This document shows, in pieces, positions 33,858 through 45,220 of a DNA stretch of 64,000 nucleotides. Position numbers and translations under genes: made by a program. The notes beneath the pieces were generated by a model. It was not told the origin of the DNA, made no database searches, and was given only the letters and a program-made list of their open reading frames with translations. The stretch is from Blastocladiella emersonii ATCC 22665 (taxonomy: Eukaryota > Fungi > Blastocladiomycota): NCBI GenBank assembly GCA_025594325.1, contig JANHCV010000010.1, positions 496,001-560,000 of the forward strand, written 5' to 3'. Positions within the stretch are counted from its first letter, which is position 1; each line of letters starts with the position of its first letter.

Positions 33858-35637
33858 TTACAGCGCCGCCAGACGCTTCTGGATCTGCGCGACCATATCG
33901 GCGCGGGGGATCAGGACACCAGCCGCCTCCTCGCCCTCGGTCTTAGCGCGCATGTCCTTGATCTTGACCATGCCGTCAGCGAGCTCGTCGGGGCCGAGGA
34001 TGATGGCGAAGGGGATCTGGTCCTTGTCGCACTGGTTGAACTGGGCCTGGAGCTTGGGCTTCTTCTTGTACATGAACTCGGTGGCCACGCCCGCGTCCCA
34101 GAGCTCCTTAGCGACCTGCATGCGCTCGACGAGGAGGCCGTCGCCGACGGCCATGACGAGGACCTGAGTCGCATTGGCCTTGGTCTCGCCCTTCTGCTTC
34201 TTGGCGAGCACCGAGAAGACGCGCTCAACGCCGACCGACACGCCGACGCACGGGATCTTGTTGGACGCGCCCTTCTTGGTCGTGCCGGCGAACATGCCGA
34301 CGAGCTCGTCGTAGCGGCCGCCGGCGGCGATCGAGCCGATGCCGACGTTCTCGTCGTTGTCGGCGTCCTCGTCAGCGCCGGCCTTGGCCGACTTCTTGCC
34401 GCCGTCCTTACCGTTGCGCTTGGCGTCGGCGTCGGCCTTGGCCTGCTTCTGGGCCTGGATCTGGGCCGTGGTGAGCTCGTCGAGGAGGATGGCCTCGTAG
34501 ATGACGCCCGTGTAGTAGTCGAGGCCGCGGGCGAGCGACAGGTCAAAGGAGATCTTGTCGGTGACGCCGAACACGTCAAGGTAGGTGAAGAGGAGCTGGA
34601 GGTCCTCGAGGCCCTTCTTGGCGAGCTCGTTGGCGCCGAGCGTCGGGTGGGCGAGCAGGCGGTCGACGAGGTCCTTGGACCCCTTCTGCTTGACGTACTC
34701 GCCGATCGCCTCGGCCGTCGCGTCGGTGACGCCCTTCTCGATCATCTCCTTCTTGACCTCGGCCCAGGGGAGCTTATCCATCTTGTCGACGGCCGAGGAT
34801 ATTGGTCGCAGGATGTCGGCGGGGACGCCGCACACGGCGAAGATGCCGTCGAGGACGGCGCGGTGGTTGAGCTTGATGAGGAAGCGGCCGACGTCGAGCT
34901 TGGTGAGGACCTCGACGAGGATGGCGAGGATCTCGGCGTCGGGGACCATGGGGTCGTGGGTGCCGGCAATGTCGAAATCGCACTGGTAGAACTCGCGGCG
35001 GCGGCCCTTGGTCATGGCGGGCTGGTCGCGCCGGTACACCTTGGCAATGTGGTACCGCTTGATGGACGGGTACTGCTTGCCGTTCATGGCCAGGAACCGC
35101 GCAAAGGGGACCGTCAGGTCGTACCGCAGCGAGCACAGCTCGCCGCCCTGGTCCTGCAGGTCGTAGATCAGCTTGCTGTCCTCGCCGTACTTGCCTGACA
35201 GGATCTCCTTGAGCTCGAACACGGGCGTGTCGATGGTCACGCCGCCGTGCTGCTTGAAGACGGACGTGATAGTCGAGAAAATGTGGTCGCGCAGCGCCAT
35301 CTCGGGCGGCGTGAAGTCGGTGGTGCCCTGTGTAACGGGTCGGTTGTCAGTGGCTGTCCACTCGAAGTAGCCTACGAGGGTACCGTACCTTGGGCGTCTT
35401 GAGCGTGAACTTCTTCTCGTCCGACTTCTCCTTCTTGGCGCGGCGCTTGCCCTCAGTGGGGGCAGCGGCGGCAACGGCGGCGTCCGCAACGGCGGGGATC
35501 GCCTCCTTGGGGGCGGGCGAGGCCATGATGCTGGAGGCGGTGGTGGTGGCGGTGCGGCGAGCGAGGGCGATCGGCGGCGAGCGCGGGACGGCGGCGGCGT
35601 TGGCGAGGAAGACGGCGCGTGAGGCAGTCCGCAACAT
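33858..35637 (-). CDS. HTS1: Histidyl-tRNA synthetase with N-terminal mitochondrial-type presequence
   Basis: LKTPK / [75 protein letters not shown]; one intron (~35329-35386); second in-frame ATG (MASP) at 35526. Confidence 0.96.
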
Positions 35638-36012
35638 GAATATCCCGAGCGAGCGAGCGCGCGGGTGGTCCGGGTGTTGATTACGTTGCAAGGGTCTGGT
35701 CCGTGCGATCTGCGCGAGAGCGAGAGCGGGAGCGAGAGCGGGAGGAGAGGGAGGGAGGAGAGGGAGGGAGAAGAGAGCGCTCGGGCCGGGACACCGACCC
35801 GGAACCTCGCAAAACCCGGTCACATGCGCTGACTGGAGCCGCACGTGCGGTAGACGCCGCGGTTTTCAGGCTGGCCCGATCGCGGCGGCCGACTCACGAT
35901 GACCAAGTCCGAGGTTGAGCGAGAAAGGTTCGTTTTGTTCATCAAAAGCTAGGGAGAAGGGAGACAGAGTAGTGACGCAGCGGGGCAATACAAAGGGCGG
36001 GGCAGGGGCGGC

Positions 36013-37358
36013 TTAGTGCTCCTCGGCCTCAATGGCCTCGAGCCAGCGCTCGCAGTCGAGGGCGGCGGCGCAGCCCGAGCCGGCGGCGGTGATAGCCTGG
36101 CGGTACTTCTTGTCGGCGACGTCGCCGCACGCAAAGACGCCGGGGACCGAGGTCATGGTGGACCCGGCCTCGGGGTGCACGACGTAGCCCTCGGCGTCGG
36201 TCGCGATCTGGAACTTGCCCTCGTGGTCGGGGACGGCGAGCAGCGACACGTTGGGCTGGTGGCCAATGGCGTAGAAGAAGCCGTTGACGGCGAGCTCGCG
36301 GCGCTCGCCCTTGGTGTCGGGGTGCGTCGACTCGAGCGTCATGGACTCGAGCAGGCGGCCGTCGCCCTTGGCCTCGACGGGGAGCGTGTTCCACAGGATC
36401 TCGATCTTGGGGTGGGTCATGGCGCGGTGCGCCATCACCTTGGACGCGCGCAGCTTGTCGCGGCGGACGATCAGGTACACCTTGCTCGCGTACTTGGTCA
36501 GGTACGTGGCCTCCTCGCACGCCGAGTCGCCGCCACCGAGCACCGCCAGGGGCTTGTTGCGGAAGATGGGCGCGGGCCCGTCGCACACGGCGCACGCCGA
36601 CATGCCGGCGTTCCAGAACTTGTCCTCACCAGGCAGGTGCAGGCGGCGCGCCGTGGCGCCCGTGGCAATGATCAGCGACTCGGTCAGCACCGGCTCGCTG
36701 GCGCCCTCGGGCCACAGCTTGAACGGGCGCGACGACAGGTCCACGCGCTCGATCGTCTCCGTGATGATCTTGGTCCCGCAGTGCTCCGACTGCGACCGCA
36801 TGCGGTCCATGAGCTCCGACCCCGTGATGCCCGTCGGCCACCCGGGGAAGTTCTCGACCTCGGTCGTCGTCGTCAGCTGGCCGCCGGCAGCGATGCCGCC
36901 CGCCATGAAGCCCTCGTACATGATGGGCTCGAGGTTGGCGCGGCCCGTGTAGATGGCCTAGACATGGGGAGGGCGACGTGTGAGTTCCCACCGATCGATC
37001 GCGCTCGCCCTTAAGTCAGAGAACGTACGGCGGTATGGGCGGCGGGGCCCGAGCCGACGATGATGACCTTGTTGATCTTGGTCATGCTGTCCTTGGGCAA
37101 ACCAGACGTGGGAGCAGCGGGGGCCGAGTCGGTCGACGAGTGGGCAAACGACAGCACAGCAGACGTGGCGAGCGTGCGGGCAGCGATCCGGCGCGTCGTC
37201 GAGGACGTCGAGTGGGCAGTCGAGGCGCGCGAAGACGAGGACCACGACGCAAAGTGGCGGAGACGCGAGGCGGAGACCGAGGCAAGCGGGGACGGCGGCG
37301 TCGTCAGTGCGCGGCGGGCTAGCGCATGCATCGTCGGGGCGGCGGCGGTACGGTACAT
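36013..37358 (-). CDS. TRR1: Low-MW thioredoxin reductase with presequence
   Basis: VIIVGSGPAAHTA / AIYTGRA...GGQLTTTTEVENFPG, SACAVCDG, GGGDSACEEA, QAITAAGSGC; Ser/Arg/Ala-rich N-terminal extension with internal Met (MTKINK). Confidence 0.95.
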
Positions 37359-38189
37359 GGTGAGTGCGTTGCGTGAGTAGTGGGAGAGAGTGAGCAAAGT
37401 GCAGGGAGGGGCGGCAGCTATGCGGTCGGTTGCGGAGAGCAAGAGGGAGAGGGGACGGCGACGTTTAAGGCGGAGGGGAGGCGGCGGCGCGCGCCTGGCC
37501 GGGGACGCGTGCGGGCTTTGTCAGATGGTCGCCGCCGTGCGAGCTGACTGTCCCGCTGCCGCGACCGGGGCCCGATTCCGGCCCTCCTCCTCTCCTCTGC
37601 TCCTTGCCATCATCGCACACGCACCGGACGGCTCCCGGATGCATGCACCGGCCGTGTCGGGTCGGCCCCCACGACGTCATCGTGGCGGATCCCCGCTTGA
37701 AGGCAAGCCGGGCGTCGGGACGGGCGTCCCGGCACCGCCGACACCGTGAGGAGGCCGGTCCTCGGCTCGCCGGGTGAGGAGAGCCTCGGGCGGCCTGCGC
37801 CTCCCGGAGCGGCCCACGCGGAGGAAGACGATGGGAGGCTTCGCGAGAGAAAAAGTGCGTACCAAGCACGCCCTGGCTCGCGAGGGACGCGAGATGGCGA
37901 GGTGAGCGGAGGGCAGCATTGGCGAACATGTCTGCGCGGTGGAGCTGCAGCTGGGCAACGATTATTGCAGCAAGTGGGTGCGAGAGGGGGAGAGTCGGGG
38001 CGCTGGCGATGGCGAGGGTGAGGCGAGCTGCGGCCGCTCCGCTCGATCGAGTCTCCCTCGCGGCCGCCGGCCATCACATCGGACTGTCCGGCGGGAGACG
38101 GGTCGGCGCAGTCGATGAGACGGGGGACAATTAACAATGTGTAGTAGTTAGGAGGTAGGAAATACAAGGGGACAGGACGGCGCGCTGGC

Positions 38190-38582
38190 TTACACGACCT
38201 TGGGCGCGAGCGAGACGACCTTGGCCCACTTCTTCATGCGGAGCTCGTTGGCGACGACGCCGAGCACGCGGGTGCCGAGGGGTTGGCCCTGGTTGTTGAG
38301 CAGCACGCACGCGTTGTCGTCGAACCGCACGTAGCGGCCGTCGGGGCGCCGCAGCTCCTTGCGCGCGCGCACGATGACGGCGCGGCGCACGTCGCCCTTC
38401 TTGACCTTGTTGGCCAGGTTCGCCGCCGACACGCCCGTCGTCGGCAGCGGCCGCGCCTCCTTGACGACCACGGTGATCTGGTCGCCCAGCGACGCCGACC
38501 GCCCGCTGATCACCTTGATGCACTCGACCAACCGCGCGCCCGAGTTGTCGATCACCGTGAGCATGGACTTGAGCTGGATCAT
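38190..38582 (-). CDS. MRPL38: Mitochondrial ribosomal protein uL14m
   Basis: [24 protein letters not shown]...[41 protein letters not shown]...[10 protein letters not shown]. Confidence 0.9.
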   Translation of the reverse strand: MIQLKSMLTVIDNSGARLVECIKVISGRSASLGDQITVVVKEARPLPTTGVSAANLANKVKKGDVRRAVIVRARKELRRPDGRYVRFDDNACVLLNNQGQPLGTRVLGVVANELRMKKWAKVVSLAPKVV

Positions 38583-39046
38583 GGTGGCGGTGGGATGAGG
38601 TTTATCTCGGGACCCTACACCAGGGAGAAGGGGTCCATTGGCGCCGTCAGCACTGCGGTCCAGGGTCAAGTCGCTCGTTCAGGAGCAGGGCCACAATCAT
38701 CGCCGAGGCGTGGGCCAATTCATGGAGTTTCATAGAGTAATTCAAGCAACCTTTCGGTAAAATTCTCGCGTGCGAAGTTGTAAAGGTCCGTGGACACTGC
38801 GAGGCAAAAATCGCTTCGAACAACTCGAAGCGCCAGCCGCGCGCCTCAGCTGACATCACCTGATTTTTGTCTCGCACTCGCGACGCGTCTCTCGCCCGCT
38901 GCTTTCGACGCGTTTTTCGTCGAGGCAAGCGGACTTGGCTCGACCTCCGCGCCGGAGCTGCACAAATGAAGCTGTAAATCATCGCCCGCGCGACCGCACT
39001 CTCGACTAGACTTCAACGATAGACCATAGACGGAGACCACCTCACC

Positions 39047-41944
39047 ATGCAAACCAACCCCGAGTCGCCCGGCCGCCGGCCCGTCGTGCGGCGCAAACAG
39101 CTCGACCTGTCCATGCTCGAGGGTGGGAGCACGGGAGCACCGGCCGATGTTGCCACCACGACCGCGCCGCCATCGGCCACTGCACCGACGCCAAGTTCTC
39201 GGCCCACACCCGCCCCAGTACCGGACCAGCAGCCGGCACCTACTCCAAGCGCACTGCCTATGCCGCGCACGCCGATCCGGACCCCCATGACGTTCCCGCC
39301 GCGGCCCATCACGCCGACGCCGCAGCTCGCGGCTTCGGACCGGTCTTCGATGCCGCCACCGCCGGTTCCCGCTCGGCAGTACCAGCAGACCGCGTCACGG
39401 GCCCCGCCACCGACCACTCTCGAGCCCCCGCCGCCGCAACAGCTACAACCCGTCCCGCCCGCCTCGCCAACGGACACGCTCGCGTCGGGCACGTACCTGA
39501 GCATGGGCACGGTGACGGGTCCCGCGGCGGGCACCTCGCCGACCAAGTCACCGACGCGCGTCCCGCCGCAGCTCGCGCGCACCATGACGCAGCAGTCGAG
39601 CTTCCACTCGACGCACCACCAGCACCGCCGCAACGACAGCATCCAGTCGTCGGCGTCCGTCCACACCAACGCGTCCATCAACTTCCCGCCCAACCTGTTC
39701 CCCAACTCGCCCACGCGGCAGCAGCAGGCCGCGAACAGCTCGAGCGCCGCCACGTCGCCCGGGACCGCGGTGCATCTCGCCAAGCGGCTGTTCCAGGAGA
39801 CCAAGGCGTTCTTTGAGATGGGGTACGTGCTTCGGTCGATAAAGGACGATTCGTGAGCTCACTCGTGCTCGACGTGTAGCGACAACCCGGACCCGGCGGC
39901 GTACGCGTCGCACCACTACGTAAACCGCAACAACCACGGCCCGGAGCCCGTGGCTCGCGAGTCGAAGCTGCACGCCGAGATCGCGGCGCTTCAGCGCGAG
40001 CTGAAGCGGATCAAGGGCGAGCGGGACCGGCTCGAGTCGGCGCTCGCCGAGTCGCACCCGCCGCCGCCGCGCACCACGGTGCTGCCGTGGGATGCGGCCG
40101 CCATGGTCAGCAAGACGAACCGCATGGCCGACCGCGTCGCCGCCGCCGAACGCCTCGCCGCCTCCACCTCGGAAACCGTCCGCACCCTGCACGCCGAGCG
40201 CATGGCCGAGCAGGCGAGCTCGCTCGCGGCGCACGTCACGCGCACGATGCAGCTCGAGTCCCAGCTGCAGTGGTTCGGGATCACGCCCATGACGGCCGCG
40301 CCCGCCGCGCTCGACCAGGTCCCCGACGAGTGGCTGCGGCTCAACGAGCGCCGCGCCGCGCTCGACGCACAGACCCAGATCATCGACGCCGAGTACGCGG
40401 CGTTCCTCGTCACGGCGCACGAGCTCGAGGCGAAACGCAACTCGACGTTCCACCAGCTCGCCGCCGCCGTGTCCGGCATGCGCGTCGCGAGCCCCAAAAA
40501 CTCGATCGACGAGCTCAAAGAGCTTTTCAAGGATCACGAGCCCGCGCCCGTTGTGCCGCCACCCGACAAGACGGAGCTGCGTAAGGCCGTCGAGGAGTAC
40601 ATCAAGGCGCAGCGCGAGGCCGTCAAAATCAAGAAGGAGAAGGCGGCGGCGGCGGCTGTCGCTCAGCCAGCGGCCGCGACTGCCGCGGGGTTGGGCGCGG
40701 CGGAGCAGCAGCAGCAACCGGTCCCGGCGGCGGCATCTGCGCCAGCTGCCGCGACTACCGCGCCCGCGCCGGTCAGCGCGCTCGGGTTCACAGCAGCCCC
40801 GGTCAGCAACACGTTCCAGTCGTCTCCACCTAGGTCTACCGCTGCAGCTGCCGCGCCAGTCCCGGCTCTCGGTAACGCGACTGCAACGGCGACCGATCTG
40901 GCGCCCTCGGCTCCCAAGCCGCTGCCTACCGTCGCGGCGGCCGCAGCGGTCTCGCCGACCGTGGTCGAGAGTACCGCAACGCCAGCCTCCGCGAGCTCAA
41001 CATTCGCTACGGCGGCGACCGTTTCGACCGGCCCTGCGAAGCGGGTCGACCCGCCTCGCACGCTCTCCACCGTCAGCGAAGCGTCGGTCGCACCTGCCCC
41101 TGCGCTTTCGGTACCGCCAGTGTTCGCGGCATCTGTTTCCGCTTCGCGCGACCCGACGTCGACCTCGACGGCGCCCGCCTCCGCGCCGCGTGCCCCTGCC
41201 TCAACACCGTCCGCTCCCACACCCGCACCGACCTCGTCCGAGCCGCCCAAACCCACCTCTCCCGACCCTGTGCCTTTGACGGCAGCCGTTCGCTCGACCG
41301 TCCGCCGCAAACCTCCCGCGACCCTCGTCGCGCTGCCCGACACCCGCGCCTCATCCTCCTCCTCGAGCTCCGTTCCGACGACTGCGCCTGCGCCATCCGC
41401 ATCGGCACCAGCTCCTGCGGCCTCGGTAACGTCCAGCACCATGGCCATCGCGGCGCGCGCGCTCGCGCTCGAGAAGGCGCGGCAGGCGGCGGCAGCGGCC
41501 GCATCGGGTGCTGCGGCGGGACCAGCAACGGCCACGCGTGCGTCGGTGCCGTCCGTTGAGGCTGTTGCGCGGAAGCCGCTTCCCCCGGCGCCCGCGCCCG
41601 CGACCCTCAAGGTCGAGCTTGCTCCTGCACCCGCCAAGAAAGACGCCGCGGCAGCCGTCTCGCCGCCCTCCAAACCCGCCGAGCCGACGTCGCCCGCGCC
41701 CAAGCCGGTGGCTGGCGCGTCGCGCGAGCTCGCAGCGTCGGAACCAGCGCTCGTAACCACGACGAGCGCGGCGGCCGATCCCAAGCCCGCCGTGACCGGG
41801 TCCGCGTCAACGCTCCCGCCGATGCTCGACCTGTCGTTCAGCTCGAGCCTCGGCCTGAAGCCCACGAGCGCGAATCACGACTCGGGGATCACGGTGCCGC
41901 TGCTCGACGACGATATGATGGGGTTGTTGGATATGTTGTCGTGA
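39047..41944 (+). CDS. Orphan Pro/Ala/Thr-rich protein with central coiled coil
   Basis: Intron 39823-39879 joins ORFs 39047 and 39950 in frame. Coiled coil KLHAEIAALQRELKRIKGERDRLE; long disordered flanks. Confidence 0.7.
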
Positions 41945-42352
41945 TGACGGGTGTCGGTGTCTCGATGAAGCAGTGTGTTTTTGTGTGGATCGTGCGAAGG
42001 TCTTGCGAGCGTTGTTTGCCCCGCGCGCAAGATCTGGTGCGAGCGCTGGACGGTGGCTGCGTTCCAGCTGTCCACCACGACGGATTTGAAAGAACGGCAG
42101 AGTACATGCGTGATGCGGCTCGCGAGAAGAGCGGTCGAGCTGGTCGACAGGCGTCAAGGTGTTGCAAGGCCAGCCGATCGCAGTCGTCACGCGATGCCTC
42201 CGAGTGTGGCGCAACACGACTTTCACGCCACGTCACGAACAGGGAGATGCAAGCACGGTGATCAGATATAGTGTCGAGAGGGGAATCAATGGGTAGTGTG
42301 GGAGGGAAGATGCGACAAAAAGTGTGTTTGGCCCACGACCGTGACCGCGACC

Positions 42353-44672
42353 TTACTTGGGCGGCGCGGGCGCGTCGGGTGAGACCACGGGCGCGTCCTC
42401 GCCGGCGAACGTGCACCGCTCGTCCTTGCCGGTGATCCAGGGCGTGCACTCGGAGTAGTGGTAGCCGCTCATGAGCATGCGCTCGTACAGGCGCGTGTGG
42501 TCGCGCAGCATAAGGTCGGTCATGCGCTTCACGATCTTGTCCTTGCCGGTCCACGCGTGCGTAACGACGGTGCCGTGGCAGTACTCGTCGCCGGACCAGC
42601 CGTCGGCCTCGTCGCACGGCGCGATGATGAAGTCGGTGCCCTCGGTCATGTTGGGCCGGATGTAGTTGTTGAAGACTAGACCGCGGCGAGCGGTTAGCGA
42701 GCGGTTCAAATTTAATGTAAAGAGGTTTTCCTTGCCCGTTTGCTCGTGCGCCCAATCGCCCTTCCATCTAGCACAATCAGGATTCTCGTCAGGACAGCGC
42801 AACATGGTGCGCAGCGAGTCGCGGAGCAGCGTCGTGTTGCGGGCGATCCAGAACCCGGTGTTGGTCCCGTTCGTGTTCGGCCACGGCGAGAATGGGCGGT
42901 CCATGGCGAGCAGCAGCGACGACGCGGGCCCGAACCCCCACCGGTCCATCATCCACTGGATCGACTTGTCGGGCTGCTCAAAGTACGCGTCGCCGTCGAG
43001 GAACACGACGATCTCGTAGCGGTGCAGGGCGTCGTAGATGGCCTTGATCTTGCCCCACGTCCCGTAGAACCCGGGCGGCGACGTGATCTGGACGCGCCGG
43101 TAGTCGTACCCGTGGCGGATCGCGTACCACCCGTTGTACAGCGCCGACATGGTCACGTAGCTGAGGCGCAGCGGGTCGTCGCCGACCGAGCTCAGCCGTT
43201 CGAGCGGCCGCGAGTCCGAAGACATGATCAGGACGCGCTCCTTGCCAATGGCGCCGGGCTGCGTCACGCGCCGGTCCCACGGCAGCGAGTCGTTCTTGAG
43301 CTGCCACACCTGCGCCAGCAGGTCCGCCGCGCTCGGCGCCGGCGGCGCGACGGCGGGCGGGACCGACAGCCACGAGAGCATGCACGCGGCGAGGATCAGG
43401 TTGGTCAGCAGCGTGAACCCGCCGAACACGAGGAAGTTTGTCTTGGTCGAGCGCGCGGTGCTACACGGCGAGGGAGGTGAGTTGCCGGGCGGGAATCGCA
43501 CGAAGAAGAGCATACCCTTGGCGTCCGTCAATGGCGCCCTCGATCCACGGGCGCGCGGCGTACGCGGCTATGCCGATGAGCGAGACGGCCATGCCGAGGA
43601 GCTTGATGGGCGCGAGGTCCTGTGCGAGCGAGCCGGAGGTGACGGCGCCGGCGAGCACGATGAGCGTGGTCTTGAGGTGGCCGACGACGTTGTATGCGAT
43701 GGCCGAGGTCTTCTGGATGAGCGAGTTTCCGAAATAGTTGGCGGCGAGGGCGAGGACTGCCGTGACAACGACCCATCCCCACGGCGCGCAGGCGAGCTGG
43801 TCAATCGCGTCGCCGCCACGCACCATGAGCGGGATCTCGACGAGGACGACGAGTAGCGCGAGGACCGCGGTCGAGTAGGGCGCGAGGACCGCGACCGACT
43901 GCATGCCGCGCACGTCCCTGAACGACGGCATGTGCTGCAGCGTGACCTGGCACAGCGACGTGAACGCGACGGCGCAGATGCCCGCGACGAGGCCCGTCAG
44001 GTTGGTCGCGTACTCGTGCTTGGTCGAGAACACGACGCCGAGCAGCACGACGGCCAGCGTGAGCAGCTTCAGGCGGTTGGGCGCGGGCACGCGGAACAGC
44101 GCCGTCTGCAGCACGCCGATCGCCGGCAGACACGCCATCTTGGTCAGCTGGTACACGCCGACCGAGTTGAGCTGCAGCGACAGGTTCATGAAAAAGAGGC
44201 CGAGCGACAGCGCGCCGCCGATCACGAACGCGTCGCGCCGCGGCACCCCCGCCGGGATCGACAGCACGCCGGCGCGGCCGAGCGCGCGCGTCGCGGCCCA
44301 GCAGAAGGCCTGGTGCAGCAGCGTCAGGAGCAGCGGGCGCGGGAACGTTGACAGCACGTGCTTGTTGGCAAGCACGATGAGCACGCTCACGGCCACGTTG
44401 GCCGAGACGTAGATGGCGGCCTCGGTCGTGGACGTGGCGGCGCGCGGTTTGCCGATGGCGGCGGAAGCGGTCGCGCAGCACGGCGAGCCGTCCTCGAGCA
44501 GCGGCTTGAGGCCCCGGTCGTCGTCGCCGCAGTCCACGGCCTTGCCCGCGGGCGAGGGCGAGGCCGGCGACATGACGCGCACGGCAATGAGCTCGTCGTC
44601 GTCGCCGCTGTCGGACCCGCGGTCGCCGCTCGAGCGCCGCTGCTGCCACTGGCCGGTGCTGTGGCTCGACAT
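42353..44672 (-). CDS. Predicted fusion: TPT/DMT-family nucleotide-sugar transporter + GT34 (GMA12/MNN10-like) glycosyltransferase
   Basis: Exons 44672-43516, 43460-42736, 42675-42353. Transporter motifs: SVLIVLANKHVL, FPRPLLLTLLH, NLSLQLNSVGVYQLTK, KTSAIAYNVVGHLKT. GT motifs: signal anchor, YAIRHGYDY, WGKIK, VVFLDGDA (DxD), HEQ. The 55-nt intron GTATGC...ACTCAC...TAG joins them in frame. Confidence 0.8.
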
Positions 44673-45220
44673 GGTGGTGGAGCGCGTTCGGGTGAGCAAA
44701 GTTGGACGGTTGGGCGGACGAGGTCGAGAGGGGAGGGAGGAAGCAGGAGAGCGCAAGACTTCGACGGCTGTTGCGCGGCGGCGCGACGCGTCGGACCCCT
44801 GCACCCACGCGCTGCCCAAGTAAATTTCCGCCCTGTGCGCGCCGTGAACCGTTCCGCTGGTCCGCCACCATCACCATCACCGGACGCGACGCGCGAGCCG
44901 CTTTTCACACGCGTCGCCCTGATCGCGCGATTGTCTCCCACCGCGACTCCCTGCAGAACCCCCGCGAACTCTCCGCTCGAATTCTCTCCCGGCGCCGAGT
45001 CTCGGCCGCAGAGACAAACAAGTGTTCACGGACGAGGGAATGGAACAACCCGCAGTCGATGAAGTCTCTCACAGTACCTCGCCCTTCCGCGCGAACACGG
45101 CGACCGCATCGTCGTGGAAAGACGCTCTTCGAGCCTGATTATGTGTTGAGAAGCTCGCCCGTGATGGATGGCCTGATCAAGGCCCAGTTTGAAGGCTTGA
45201 AGTGAGTCGCAATCGAGTAG

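Noticed and set aside
37390-38167. Several 70-185 aa ORFs between TRR1 and uL14m, and many similar short Arg/Pro-rich ORFs elsewhere
   Set aside because: No codon bias or motifs; typical spurious ORFs of GC-rich intergenic DNA.
43461-43531. Two separate overlapping genes (transporter ending ...QLTSLAV*, GT starting MTDAKG)
   Set aside because: The overlap coincides with a canonical intron whose removal gives an in-frame fusion; that model is preferred, though unproven.
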